Assembly (NCBI RefSeq): GCF_037042905.1
Contig: NC_087245.1
Location: 3,288,001 to 3,352,000, forward strand
Length of the DNA stretch: 64,000 nucleotides
Reading direction: 5' to 3'
Source: Lytechinus pictus
Taxonomy: Eukaryota
The position numbers and the translations under genes were made by a program. Of the stretch, positions 36,511-50,934 are shown piece after piece (positions within the stretch are counted from its first letter, which is position 1; each line of letters opens with the position of its first letter). The notes beneath the pieces were generated by a model. The model did not search any database. It was not told the DNA's origin and saw nothing but the letters and a program-made list of their open reading frames with translations.

Positions 36511-39500
36511 GATTATATGAACATCTCGGTGGCACTTTAAGCTTGCATAGATACATGACATGATAAATGACACATCTCGTTAATAATTATGATTATCAAT
36601 AATTACTTCGTTAGATCACAGTTACCGTCGACGGCCATCCGAAAACCCATTTCAGAGAAAATCGACTTCAAAGTTTACTATAAATTTCACACTTAGTTCC
36701 CAAGCCTTACAACATGTTCATTGCTAGAAAAAAGCATGGTTGGAAAGACCAAGACAATTGCCTGACATTTGTATCCTTAATTTAACACAAAACCAAGGAT
36801 CAGAGAAAATATCGCAAAAGAGCTCCATGCTTGTTATTTCGGTTTGAACGGTTTAGATTTCCCCTAAACAAAAAAGCCATAGGGGATACAACAACCCTGA
36901 CCGCGATTTCAATGCGCGCGGTCAGTCAAAACGCTTTTCACGTGCAAAGTCAATGCAGTGTCGATGGCCGCGTACGACGGTTTGGCTGACCGCACGCATT
37001 GAAATCACGGTCAGTCAAAACGTCGTATCGCTCTGCTACAGTACACGTTTCTAATGGGGTTGCGCATTTTACTAAAAAAATGATGTCATCGCCGTGAAAA
37101 TCTCCTCATATCTCAGAAACTAAAATAAATTCCTGCCTAGAAATTCCCTATACATTTTGTACACAATAGAGTATAGGCCTACATGGGTCTATGGCGGCCA
37201 TTTGGAATATCAAGATCATCCAGATGTCACACTGGGCGCACCTTTATCGTAAAACTTTGTACCTTTTTTGAGAAAAGTCCAACTTTGCACCTTTGTCAAA
37301 GGTGCAAATTAGGGAAAGAGTTACATTATGTACCCCCACCAAAAATAAATGATTGTCGAGACCTCCGGTTTGTTCACTCGAAAATCTGACGGAATAAAGC
37401 CATATTTTGCTATGTATTTCCACTCTCCCATCATATTTGTTCTATATAAAGGCTAGGTATGTTAATGGGGATGAAGTATGACATCAACTTAGACTATACA
37501 GGGGGTTCAAACTTGTACCCTGCCACCAGCCGCGGGCCTTGGCAGATGTAGTGGCGAGTGAAAGGTGCAACTATGCTCGATTTGTCGCTCTTTTCCCGCA
37601 GAGTTGCACATTTGTTGTGTGTAGATTTGCAGAAAACAAACGGTTGAGAATAGCATAGACAAGCATCCATTAGCTAAATCTCAATCTTTCTCTCTCTCTC
37701 TGAGGATACTCACACATATATCATGCGCTAGTATTGTGGCCTGACATAGACCAACGTCAGAAACACAAAACAGCAATAAAAATTAAAACTCAATCTTTAT
37801 TGCTCTCCGCCTTTTCGTTATTCATGTTTTTATGTTTATTTGTCAAGTTTACAATGTGCAAAGTACGAATGAAATAATTAGTTAATAAAATGGTGTCGTG
37901 TACAATTCACAGTACAGAGTGTGAGATGATGCATCATAATATATTTCATGCATCGTGACATTAAACTTATTGTTATCTGAAATAGGACGTAAGGGCTACA
38001 TTGTACTCCAATAACAATACAATTCAAACAAGAGGAGATGATTTCCATACTCGTCTGTCTGCAATATATATATATATATATATATATAGTCTCATAAAGA
38101 TCTACCGACCAATGATCATACCTTAACAATGGAAGATGGCCGATCTCGAGTTTAAAAAAAAAATGTTAATAAAGCAGAGCAACCCACTTGCTCCAGCACG
38201 ATCCATTATTCTCTGTATTATAGCAGATTAGAACGGAAATGCAGTCAATAAAGAAAAGTGAAATGGTTAGGACCCACTCTCACTGTATGTTCCGTTTGAC
38301 ATGATTAGGTTAATAACACCGGACCTGTCGGCAAATGACACTTGAGCTTTATTTTTGAGTTCGGAGAGCACATGTAGCTTTCCATACCCAGCGGCTATTA
38401 GAAGAAAAGATACATCGCGTTCCATCGAATTAGAATTCAGACAGTAAATATTTCCATCTCGGCTAATCATAACGCCTGGAGCTCACATCTAGCAAGAAAC
38501 TTTATTTTTGCTTCATCCATTTCCTTGGAACATCATGTATCATTAGAATACTGTTAGTGTTTTACTCTTTGTGTTAATGTTCGAACTGTATTTGGAGAAA
38601 TAATTTCTTGCCTGATAAATGACTTATAAAATCTTTTTAAATCTATTTGTTCACACTAGTAAGTCAACTTAAGAATATTGTTTTGTGACACACAATGAAC
38701 ATACAAGCTATGATTCCATTTAAGCTCCATATTTAGTTCATCATATTTCTACTTCTCTGTTTTTGGATGAATATCTCAATAATCATTAATTAAATACACT
38801 GTACATTATGAATTTCAATGATTCTTAGGAAACTGGTATATTAAAACCCCGCCATTTTGCTGTGCCGATTCTTACAGGTCATTTATTGCATTCCAGAAGA
38901 CAACGATGCTAGAACCTTTTTATTTGTTGTTATGTATTCAATTGTCATTTTAACTCTAGTCAATAAAAAATGTTCCTCCCACCACTTTCAATGACCCCAA
39001 AATAGAAAGGCCGTAAAAAATGTGTCTATATATTATTCATCTCGGACACTGATATGATGGAGTTCTAAGAAAGGACTATAAAAGCCATTGCAACTCGGGG
39101 AGAAAAGATGAATACATACGAAACGTAAAACTATGTTACTAGCTAAATACCATCGAGACGAGTGTTGTTAGAGAAATAAATATGCGAAGATAATTTAGAA
39201 TTATTCATAGAATCATAAAAAAAAAACAATCTGGCGCTATCAAAGATATGCTTTTAGTCATGTTAGTGTTCACATCCGGCAGGGCCATTTTAGGTCGATT
39301 TCCATATTTCATTGATGTAGCAGTTTTGACATATGTTACATGTTTTGCTTAATATCATGCGTAAATGTTTACATATGTCCCACCCTGTGTAGATCATCAT
39401 TTCAAAGTATCATCATAATACATCTAATAAGATGCGAAAGTAAGTTGATGATTTTGAATTTATTCATCATAAATAATGTCGTATGGATGATGAAATACAA

Positions 39501-42500
39501 TTTATATCAAATTTCTTACTTGTATGTCTTATAAACTTCGATTTAGCTCTATGTTATGTAAGCTAAACAACAACAAAAAACTAAACAGAGTCTTTTTATC
39601 ATTCAGAAACCCACGTCATGCATATAGTGTGTTTCAAATTGAAAACTTTCTTCTTGTTGCTTCAGCATAATTGACCGAATTTGATTCTATCATCGTATGT
39701 TCCCCCAATAATAATTGTAATCATCTCAATTGTACATCTCCAATGCGTTTTGTGACTACTGGTCATATGTGCGCCGGCTGTTCCAGATGAATATATTACT
39801 CATTGATTTCGCATTACTTCCATACCTACTTTTGAATAAAATACCAAGCTTGTATTGACTGTCACGATGATGATAAACAAGATAAAATTAAGATCAAATA
39901 TATCTGTAGCAAGATGAAGAGGATGTGAATAATGTATAGGATATGTTTTCTCGTTATTATAGTAAAAAGTAATATTCACTTTTGGCCCTATGTTTGATTC
40001 GATGATTCAAAACAAAATCTTCATCACTTCTATTGAGCCTACTTTCCAAGCCATGCTAATACGTTGTAACGGCATTGTACGTTTACTCATTTGTGTATTT
40101 TCTTCTAAAGTTTTGTAACAACTGTTTGTATATATTTTTTTAACTTGAATGTTGGGTCCTCTGCAATGGTGTATTATTTTTGGATTACCTTTTAAGAGGT
40201 TTCAGACAAACGATTTCTGACAGGGTGACAACGTTTTAGAAAAAACAATATTTATATCAGGCACAATTGAACTAGGTGGAAATCGGTTGGACAAATTATG
40301 TAGTAGACATTTTCTTTTCTAAAGTTAATATCTTGTTTAATTCGAATTTGTATGACAAATGATTACTTTTGAATATAGTACATGTAGATTGACATTAAAA
40401 GGTCAACAGAGGTGTTTATGCATTTCAAAATTCATTTAGGCTTAAATGAGGGGGTGAAAGTCGTCTCTTCTAGTCGGTGGCTCGAATTCACGTGGGCGAT
40501 TCAAAGATGGATGACATGAAATTATAAAAGGTGAAATAGATAGATGATATTTAAAAAAACCAGTCAAATTATGTATAGTTTGAATACACCTGAATAATGC
40601 TAAAGCGGAATGATGCGTGGGAGGTGCATAAATCCAAAATTTTCATTAAAAATGTAATGCATAGTAATGTGCAGGTATCCTCAACAGTATTGCGAAATTC
40701 AGGAAATATTATGAGAGGAATAACGTGAAAAGTCTGAAATTCATAGTAGAAGAGTATGAGAAGTAAGATTGGAGAGATATGTGGGGGAGATGGAGAGAAG
40801 CAGATAGAGAAGTGAAATGTATGAGTTTGTTGTGAGAAACTTGGTATTGGAGGATAGATGAACAATACGAGACAGGAGTATTAAAGTAACTCGTCACAAC
40901 TTTCACATCGTGTAAAATGATAAAATTCATAATGCATTCGTGGCGTATATGCATGTGTGTGTGTGTGTGTGGGTGAGGGTGTGTAAGTTTATAACTCTTG
41001 CAGAGCTATACTTTTACCTTTTGTAAATTTTGTGTTTGGAAAGAAGTAATAACATCGGTAGTCAAACAGTTTAAAACGTGCCATGTGTTTTTGCTTCATA
41101 TTTGGTTTCAAATGACACAATACTGATTTACTCTATGCTTCAAACTGCTTTCCCAAGCAAGTGACCTTATGGGTTATCAGCTGGACGATGACGTTTATTT
41201 ACGCAAGTCTATTACCTCGTGGATACATGTCGGTCGTCCTAATGTATATGATGACTAGATTATCACCAAACAACAGATCACCCAAAAGAAACATAATTAG
41301 GCCTACCCATTCAGTGTTTGCGAAGTGCGTCAAAGATTGGTATGTTGACAGAGGAAGGCTATTGTTGAACCCAAGACAGGGTAAACATTTCCAGGGTGGC
41401 TTTCCTTAACCATCATGCCTCTTGTTGGTCAACCATGGCCTGGTCCAGGATTTGGCTGTGCATAGCAGTTTCTCCATCGAATTATTTCTGCAGAGAGGTA
41501 TCAGTTCAACTTTATTCAGATTCGGAAAAGATCGTGAGATTATGAGACTGTCATTTTATATATATTTTCCGATAAACCTGTAATGAGTCATCAATTTCCT
41601 ACGCCTCAGCTCAGCTTATTTTTCGTACGCTGAACTGTATGATTTATTTTGTGTGTTTTCCCAGAACCACGTACATAATTACTAGTATATCTTAAAAATA
41701 ATCACATGGCTGGATACTTCGCTAGGCTACTGGCTCGGGGTAATCTAACTTTGACACAAAGATAAACACTGATTGAATTCGTTTGTCATAAGATGTGTTT
41801 CCTATTGTAAAAATATTTCAAAACTCTTTCGAATGCATTTATGTTTTTATTTTTGTCAATGGCATTAGTATGTATACAGCATTGATTCATGTGAATCCGT
41901 TTTGAAATAATTTACGAGGAAAGGTCTGCAATCCAAGCTTGTCAGGAAAGATCATATTATAAATACTTGTGAGAAAGTTCTTTGTGAAAATGTAGGTTAA
42001 TCCAAAATGACTTGGACTACGTGCCCTTTACCCTTAACCTGCCCCAGAGTATGCAAATTGTCACGTCATCTGTAGGTCACGACATCAAAGCCTCATGGGG
42101 AACATTTTTTCTGTCAAGTCAACATGTAACCTAAGAAGTGTTGGATCCTGGATCCAAATCTTCAATTTCGCCGATTGGCAACCCTTTGCGTGAATTGCAT
42201 TGCAATGCTCTGTGCTTGCGCTAACCTTATTCGCCTATAACAACGGTTGCTATGAAACGCAAAAGGCTGTTTTGGAATCGGAAGTAGTTGCAAATGTGAT
42301 TTGTTTGCATTATGACAAAGGTCAAGCATGGGGTAAGCTAAGTTCAGTCTCCAATGCTAACTTGATATCAAAGTGACAATAGAGCTATACATAAATCAAA
42401 ATAAAGTGCCCTAAATTCCCTCTATGTGTTGCCTTTTTACTTATGGAATAACTTTGAGAACCCACTTATTTGACGAAATGAAATGGATCACATGGGAATC

Positions 42501-42977
42501 ACGTGAAAAAGGAGTGACTTATTTCTCACGAAATATCATCTTCCTATGGGTGATTTACGCATTATGAAACGTGCAGTCAACAAATCATTCACCTGGTGAC
42601 GGTCTGTTACAAACACTTTGAGCTCGACTTTTGTGAAAGATCCTCAATAGTTAGCCAATTGTTATACAAATGACGTACTCGTGTTTGAGATGAAGAGTAA
42701 ATTTTCAAGGTTTCAGTCATTCTCCAGTCGACTGGGAAGCGTGTTGTTGATAATTCAGTGTTACATTGCTATAACAAAATGAAAAGGTAAAAGGAAGCCG
42801 CATCGAGGTCCCCTTCGTGTTCCACCAGTGGTTTGTTGAATATATTTTAGATTGTCATCCTTCGTTTGTGTAAGCAGACCCCCTGGGCATGAAGTCTTTT
42901 GTAAGGCCATCCATTCTTCATATTATACAAGGTTAAAATATTAGTCTAATTATGCAATGTATTCATTATACCCATGT

Positions 42978-43420
42978 CATCGTTTTAAGACACAGTACTA
43001 CGGCCACTAGCGTACCTACGGGGGGGGGGGAGCAGGGGGGCACTCTGCCCCCCCCCCCTGACGAGCCACAACCCATACAAAATACATATCACTGCCCCCC
43101 CTGACGAGCTTGAAGACCTTTATTGCCCCCCCCCCCCCCCCCCCTGACGAGCTTGAGAACCTTTTTTTTTTTCTGGAACAATAACCTTTATTTTTGATTG
43201 AAGACCTTTTTTTTTTTTTTTTTTGCTTGTCCATTTTTTTGGCGGCCGATTTTGCCCCCCCCTGTGGAAAATCCTAGGTACGCCACTGACTACGGCCATA
43301 GCTCCTTCACCTCCAATGATGTATGCAACCCTATGGAACTCTCTCCCGCTTGTCATCCGGATTGCACCCACTATCCAGACCTTTAAGACTGCACTAAAAA
43401 CGTACCTGTTTAAGAATTGA
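42978..43420 (+). mobile_element. 3' end fragment of L2/CR1-clade LINE ORF2, interrupted by a hAT MITE
   Basis: Removing the MITE gives FKTQYYG|HSSF, then (frameshift) TLWNSLPLVIRIAPTIQTFKTALKTYLFKN*, the typical L2/CR1 ORF2 C-terminal LWNSLP...FK..LKT.LF motif. Confidence 0.8.
43005..43288. mobile_element. hAT-like MITE with perfect 8-bp TSD
   Basis: ACTACGGC|CACTAGCGTACCTACGG ... CCTAGGTACGCCACTG|ACTACGGC; same family as 17737-18071. Confidence 0.9.
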
Positions 43421-46266
43421 TTACGTCTTTGCTTTATAGTTTTTATTTGCACTGTAATAATAAAAGTCAGAATTTGGAACGTGTCAAGAGTTAAGTTATT
43501 GTATCAATAGATATGCTTTACCATGGTATAATGCCATGCTGTATATTTGTTTTATTATTCCTATTGTAATCTATTATTTTCAATGACCAAATGGTACATT
43601 ATTAGTTGAGATATCTAATTCATGTATAATGTATAACGATGTTACGCCTTGCCACGTAAGGTTTGGAGCCCTATAAACGTTGTGCAATCTGATATCCGAT
43701 GGATATTGCATTACGGTATCACAGGTCGGTTTAGCTACCTGTTTATATGAGCTACATGTCATGAACTTGCTTTTAGACTATACATAAAACGTCTGTTATA
43801 AACTGCGTGGTTATGGCAATAAGATCGTAGTGATGAAAAAAATAGCTACGCAAATGAAATGACTTAATATCATCAAATACTGATTTATTGTTATAATCAT
43901 AAAATTTGAAATATGGTAATTTTGACTTGCGCATTCTACAATCTGTCGCAACTGTTGCAGTCCGTCCATCACCTAGCATCAAGCATGTCAAGTAAATTAG
44001 AGTTTTGAAACCATAAGCGCAATCCACATTTTGCTCATTTTGTCTTTGTTACATCCTAGGATTGTTGCATGTAGGCCTACGTGTATCTGTAATGAGGTAG
44101 ATTCTAAATTATTTTTGCCAGTCTATAAACCTTGCGATGTAAGCCAATAAAGAAATATATAATACAAAGTAATTAAAAAAATCATAGACATAAACACAAT
44201 CAGGACTCTGTTTAGTGCGATTTAAGAAAATGCATTTGAAAATGATGTCGGAAAAATAAAGGTAATAATCAACATGGAAGCGACTCAAGCGAGTAAAGAA
44301 AAGGAAAAAAGATGCGTTACAGAATGATATGCCATACTGCATAGCTTCTTGGGTCATCCCCGAGATGGGGGGATCCTCATTACTATTGATTTCCAGTAGA
44401 TTGCAAAGGACTATGCGCTACTTATCTTGTTCTTAGCTTCAGGCTTTGAAAAAAAGTTCCCTCAATTGATCTATATTTGATATAATATTACAAAAATAAG
44501 AGATCAACTTCATTGTGTTCTCGTTTTGTAGGTTTTATCATGAATAACGTATTATTCAATTCTGCGCCAGATTTCAGTCCGTAATACTTCTTGATTGCAT
44601 TCTTTATAATGAAATGCCTTGAGGTCAGACTATACGTTGTGAGCTGGGGAGCCCTTCGTCATTAGGATGATCCCTTATTTATTAGTATGCCTCCATTTTT
44701 GCCCATGATGGGTGGCTTATTACCATCTTTCCTGTCGGATTCTAGAAATGGGATTCCATCTTAGATGCATTTTCTCGGTCTCATCCGAGGAAAATAAATG
44801 ATGGAGTCGATGAGAGGGGCCAGCGCATGCAAAGGTTGTTCTCAAGTTAAAATTGTTTTTGGCATTTGATTCTTGCGTATCAATTTAAAACAGAACTACT
44901 GTTCAAAACTATAACTTTCCGGATCAAAAGTATTTGGTGCATACTCATAATTATGATCTTGTTTTTGTATGTTTATATATTTATGTAAATATATTGTGAT
45001 ATTTTGAATGAAATGTACAACAACTCGTGTTGCATAATGATTAATTCTAGTCTTCCTTTTCTTGTGTATTATTCAGGTGTAGGAGCGCCTGTATAATAAC
45101 GATGTGAGGAATGCGGCCTAAAATTTTTCTTATTCACATCCGTCGGTAAATTATATTCAAATCATATTCAAAGAAAAATTGTTGAGTCAGCTTATTTGGA
45201 AATATATCATTAAGTTGGAGACATTCAATCCCATTTTCATTGCGCTTAATGATAATATTGCACTATTATCAAATCCCTGTCGTTAGTTTCCTGGCCTCAT
45301 CACGAATGCATGCTTGCATGGGATATACCACCATTTGAAAAAGTTTTATGAGACCTCCTGAAAAATTGTGTGTATAGCACATAAATCGTCATAATTGTAC
45401 TATACCGTAATAGATTCGAGCATTTATAAGCATTTTGGTTTAACTACAAGGCTGTCTTTCTTTTCTATTATGCTTAAGTAAATTCTCACACTGCAGTACA
45501 TAGAGTATATCCCAACGATTGTTATATTTTTCAAATCTAATGTAAGCCTACAACCACAGTCGATTGTGTGGTATTAGCGGTAGCATGGGTGAAATTAATT
45601 GATCTGCGGTGAAATTCAAAGTTTGTTAAGGATTAAATAAATAATTGACACCACGTGATAAACAATCACAAACCGATTGTCTTTTTTACGATCTACCAAA
45701 ATACTCTAATTCAGTATTGGGTTAAACCACTGTTGTGTGTGTATATTGTACATATCTACAACGTCCTGTGGCTTGATTTACCAAGCTAAAGACTAAAATT
45801 GCTTTTGGCGTTTTGACTGCTAGGCATGAGCAAGGCGGGCATGCGGAAAGAACATCATCATCACTGCATGCCGCATTTCGCACCCACTCGTGCGTCTATC
45901 ATGTGTGTTTAGCTTCAAGTTATCCGCCGAGTCAGACGGGTTTTTTTTTCTGCTCTATGAACGAGAGTGATATCAAGGGTAGATCGAGAAACAGGGATAT
46001 GTGGCATGTGAATGGAAATTTTAACACATTACAGAAAATATATCGTTCAAAGCTGTTACACTTCATGAATTGCTATAAAATATCCGGTAGGCACCAGCTC
46101 ATTTCTTGTTTAACTGAAGACTTTAATCTGCAAGGATCAGAATTAAACGAAATAATACAAAAGTGCCATTTTTTACTGAAACTGTTGAAACTATAACACA
46201 TTATATTTGCAAAGGAAAACATGTAACTTTCATTGAATAAGAAGAAATGGACGAACTACAAAAGTA

Positions 46267-46330
46267 CAGTCAAACCTGTCTATAGTGGACACTCAAGGGA
46301 AGCAGCGAAAGTGACCACTACAGACAGGTT
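46267..46330. mobile_element. Tc1/mariner(pogo)-like terminal fragment
   Basis: TA|CAGTCAAACCTGTCTATAGTGGACAC...GTGACCACTACAGACAGGTT; no distal end found. Confidence 0.55.
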
Positions 46331-48074
46331 GGCGGCCAAAGAGGGTGTGTACAAGTACATACATGTATGTGTGTTTATGAACTGTAGTAAATTAATTATG
46401 AAAATAAGCTACATGTATTTACTTTTTTTGTTCATACATATCTATTAGAAATTATCTTGCATATTATTTGTTTTTAACAAATTATTAATCATGTGGTAGT
46501 CATTTATTACCATGTATTATTATAGGACACTATCTTTCTTGAATCCTTGGTGCCCCTGAAAAGGGCCATTGGTAACTCCTGAAAAGGGCTGTTAATGGAT
46601 TAAACATTCTTGAAGAAGTCAAACATAGTGTTATATAGCGTCGAAGCCGGCAAAAATTGGTTAAAAGAAACTTCCCCCCCCCCCCCCAAGGAAAAAAAAA
46701 TATTTTGACTTAACAAATGTTTTTATTACGATTTTTATAACATAGAAATAAACATTTAAGTGAACGAGGCTGCTCCAACCTGAATGAGGTTTAAAAAAAA
46801 AAGTCTCGCACCTCGGTACCCGAAAAATGGGTGCGAGTTGCAGGTGCGAAACTTTGAAAATCTTCGGTACGATAGAAGTTACGTAACGGCCTTTAGCTAA
46901 TTAGGGGAACTTTAGAATCGCTTTTAACGAACATGTTCCGGTAAGATTGAAGACGAATTCATGTATTATTATTCATGTATTCAAACATGATGCCAAATTA
47001 TGTCTATCAGGATCGTTAATGTTAAGAAGAACCCTCTTAGGACATGTACTCTCTGTAAAGTGGCCGTATCTAATTAATACTAGTAATGATATAAACGGTA
47101 GTAATATAGACTTTTTGTCTTGGATGAGAAGTAAACGGGTCCCTAATATGACAAATGGAATGAAGACTTCATTCCATTTGTCATCCAAGACGAAATAACA
47201 CTTAGTGTAATTTTATTGCATGCAACTATGAGCGAGCGTGACTTTGAAAATGAGGTATTCTGATTGGTCTACATTTGGTGAGTAAGACAAAGTTACATTG
47301 ATGTTACATAATATTTAAATAATACGTAAAGGGTATTACTGAAATATCATAATCATGGTAATAATAATCCTTAGCAGTTAGGACCATGCACGGGTATGAA
47401 TTCCCGACAGCGTGTAGGGAGGGGGTATTCCCTTTGTCATTCCTTCAGGTAACCTCTGAGTGATGAGAAGACGATACCCTGTGAAGCTTCCCTCCTGCCC
47501 CAGTGATTACTAACACTACTAATATTGCTCATTGCTCTTTGAAGCGGGTATTCCTTCGGTCAGCTTAACACAACAGGAGGAATATCTAATGCTGTCATTC
47601 AAAGATCGTTCGCCGGTTAACCACATTTTAAAGCGATATGTTAGGAAAGTGTATTTTCCAAAATCCAATAATGGCTTATTTTTGTTTCTTGAATATATGG
47701 AATGAATGGTGATGGAGTAAAAAATGAAAGAATACACGTGATATATAAATTTTATGTATAGATATTCAAATCGTCTTTGGTTTGTAGTTATCAATACGAA
47801 AGGGGTATCGGCATAATTATATCACACACTTCACAGATAACGATCCATATGGGCATTTCTGTCACGTGTATATACCGAACGATGCTTTTGTTTGGGGAGA
47901 AATGCAAAAATATTATTCTTTACTCGAAATTTCATAACCATCATTTCCAGGCAATCTTTATGGATGTCAGCCTGCAGAAAGAGATGCAAACAAAAGCAAC
48001 TCTAAAAACATGATACGCAACTTGATTTTTCAACCAAAAATGCATATTCGGAACTTGTGCTTGAGTCGCCTTAA

Positions 48075-48690
48075 CCCTAAACCAGACCGGGCTTTTTTGG
48101 GTGTTCTATGACCGGGTGAGGGGGGGGGGGGTAATCAACACCCCCCCCCCCCCTTTGTGATCTCGGCCGCCGAACGCGCGAACGCCGTGAAAATTGGCAT
48201 GGTAATAGTGTGAGGTGTAATTTACAACCGTCATATTTTTTAAATGAATTAATTATGCTAATGTATGCGTAAATCATACTTTTTGCTCTTATTCACTATA
48301 AAAGGTTAATGGAGTGCTGGTTGTTGTTGTAAGTATTCTTTATACCATTCTTAACAATTAATGAAGAAATGAGCTTCTAATGTATTTTATTTTCAGCTGA
48401 TAAAAGTAAGAATAATCATATCTCCATGAATAAGGTGAGAAAATTCAATTTACATTGACTTTGTACACAAAATCACGTTGTGGAGGAATTTGGGTCTGAC
48501 ATGCACTTGATTTTCGAACCGCATATCCGGGCATCGTGAATTGGCCTCAAAAGATGCGCAAGACCTTAAAGTAAAGAGTCAGCGGGGGCGGCGCGGTCAA
48601 AACAATTACGCGCAGCTGAATGGTCGCGGAAAATGTTGAGGGGGTTGAACCCTCCTCCCCCCCCCCCCCCCGGCGGCTTCAGAGTTAGGT
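48075..48690. mobile_element. piggyBac-like non-autonomous element (616 bp)
   Basis: TTAA|CCCTAA ... TTAGGT|TTAA; subterminal G/C runs. Confidence 0.75.
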
Positions 48691-50934
48691 TTAAATGCAA
48701 CTCATTTTTCAAACAGGAACTTGGCAGTAAAACCCCCGTGTTTTGATGTAGTATTCATTAACGCTATTCATGACAAATATCGGACATTGTAAAGAGCAAG
48801 AGATTTATTCTTTAAACAAAGCAGGTGTTTAGTCAGTTTACCATCGAATTATGGTCAGGTTTATTTTGGCTTTAGTGATTTTTCATCAACGTGCGTTAAA
48901 CAGTCCTATGATATACACGCGGCGAAAAAAGAATTATAGGTTGATTAATGTGTGCAGTGATGTTCGTGCGCAATTTATTGCTTTAATACTCGTGCATCAT
49001 CCATCATTGACATACACAAAACTGACTATAAATAAATTCAAGTAGGGAACTAATCAAACTATCCATCAAGGCAGAGTCGTCTGTTCTCTGATTAACGACT
49101 CATTAAAAGGCCATCACAGCTTGGTTTTATTATCACTTTCACTTCAGAGTAAAGATTATTACTCGTTGAGCATTAAGGCGAGATAAAGGCTAAAATGATT
49201 ATTACAAGTGTCTTTAAGTATTATAATAGCTTTTACACGTTATCGTAAGGAATTTTGTCACTAAATCGCTGCTTTAGTCTGTATCGTAACATTTATTTGA
49301 AAGCTGAACCGTAATGATATTGTTCAAAACGTTAACAAAGTAGGAAAATACATATGAGCACGATAAGCGTAAGATGTTGGATGATAAGTGCTTTGACCAT
49401 CGATGATAAGGTCTACATAAAAGATCGATTTTTATATACTTACAATAGTGGTCATAGATTTTTTTTGTATTGATTATTTTTCTGATGAATCATATCAATT
49501 TTGATGGTAACCAAAGAAAAAGGGTGATATATTGTACCTCTTAGTACCCAGGGGATAATTCGTTATAAAACCTGTCGAATGACACACAAAAAAGTCGTAA
49601 CGGATCAATCACGGAGCTATGGGAAAATCTATCACTTGACAGCTAGGCTTTATTATACAAACAATACACACGAGTATCTATAAGATTTACACGACCGTGC
49701 AAATAATGCATATTATTTATTTTAAGGGGTAAAGATGATTTAGATCAGTATTATTTTAAAAACCATTCGTATCTGATAACCATATATCCATGAAAATATT
49801 CTTTTATGACCGCTCATCGCCGGTCAATGTTAAATTAAGGCGCAATCAACCCAAAGTTTGAATTCAATTTGTCATCTTATTATCTGCTACACCCTGGAAA
49901 CCAGACCATACAAAGCTAGATGGTCTGTAAGGTATATGTAAACTTAAATGTGTACCCTCTTTAAAATGTGGTAAAATCTTCATTGGATGCCCGACAAAAC
50001 GATTGAACTTGATATTTATTTCACAGAGAATACATTAGTTAGAGATATCTTTTTCTATTTTTGTCTTAATAAAAGAGTTAAGCCTGTTAAATGCAAAACT
50101 TATAAATTCTTACTTAGCGTGTTTTGGGGTTAACCAGTGACCTCTCGTTGTCTATACTCTCATTTCTTTACATTTTAATGGTATGTTAGCTTGCTTCTAT
50201 AGTTAAAAGATTATTGGAATAACCTGGACAGTACAAGCATTAATTTTCATATACTTGGATTATAATGATGTACAAAATTCTCAAATACCACATCATATCA
50301 TATCACATCATCCCTTAAACCAAGTAGAATCACTTCAACTATCCTGTTTGATCCCGTTACATCAAACACCATGATTAGGATTATTATCAAAACTTGACAG
50401 TGATGTAATTAAGTTCTTAGATTTGCTTCCCTTTTTTGGAGACAGAGAGGAGAAAGACGACCGACCCACGCAAAACTATTATGTCATGATCGATAGATAT
50501 GAATGGAGCAAAGTGGATTGCACACAGAAATCCGGAGTCCATTCGATAATGGATATCCAATCTAATATCTTCTTATCATAATGCGATGCTTCACTTAATA
50601 TAGGGATATGGGATATATTCTCTATCACCCCCAGTGTATTTGGATCGGTTATTACTGACATATTAAGCTCAGCCATTTCAAGATTTGAGAAACACTCGTG
50701 CAAAATTTCAAGGGTTTCAATTGGAATAGAAACGTTGTTCAATTTATTATCTCTCTTGAGATGGTTGCTGGAAGACTGCTAATCTAAAATTATTCACTGG
50801 ATTGAATGCATGGACGATGAGACACCATTTGCTCCCCAAAATCAGGAATAGGAATAGCAGACCATCTATCACGACTATTCCTCCTTCCTACTGTCGTACG
50901 ATCCGTTATGAACACCACGAATGAGCATTCGTTA

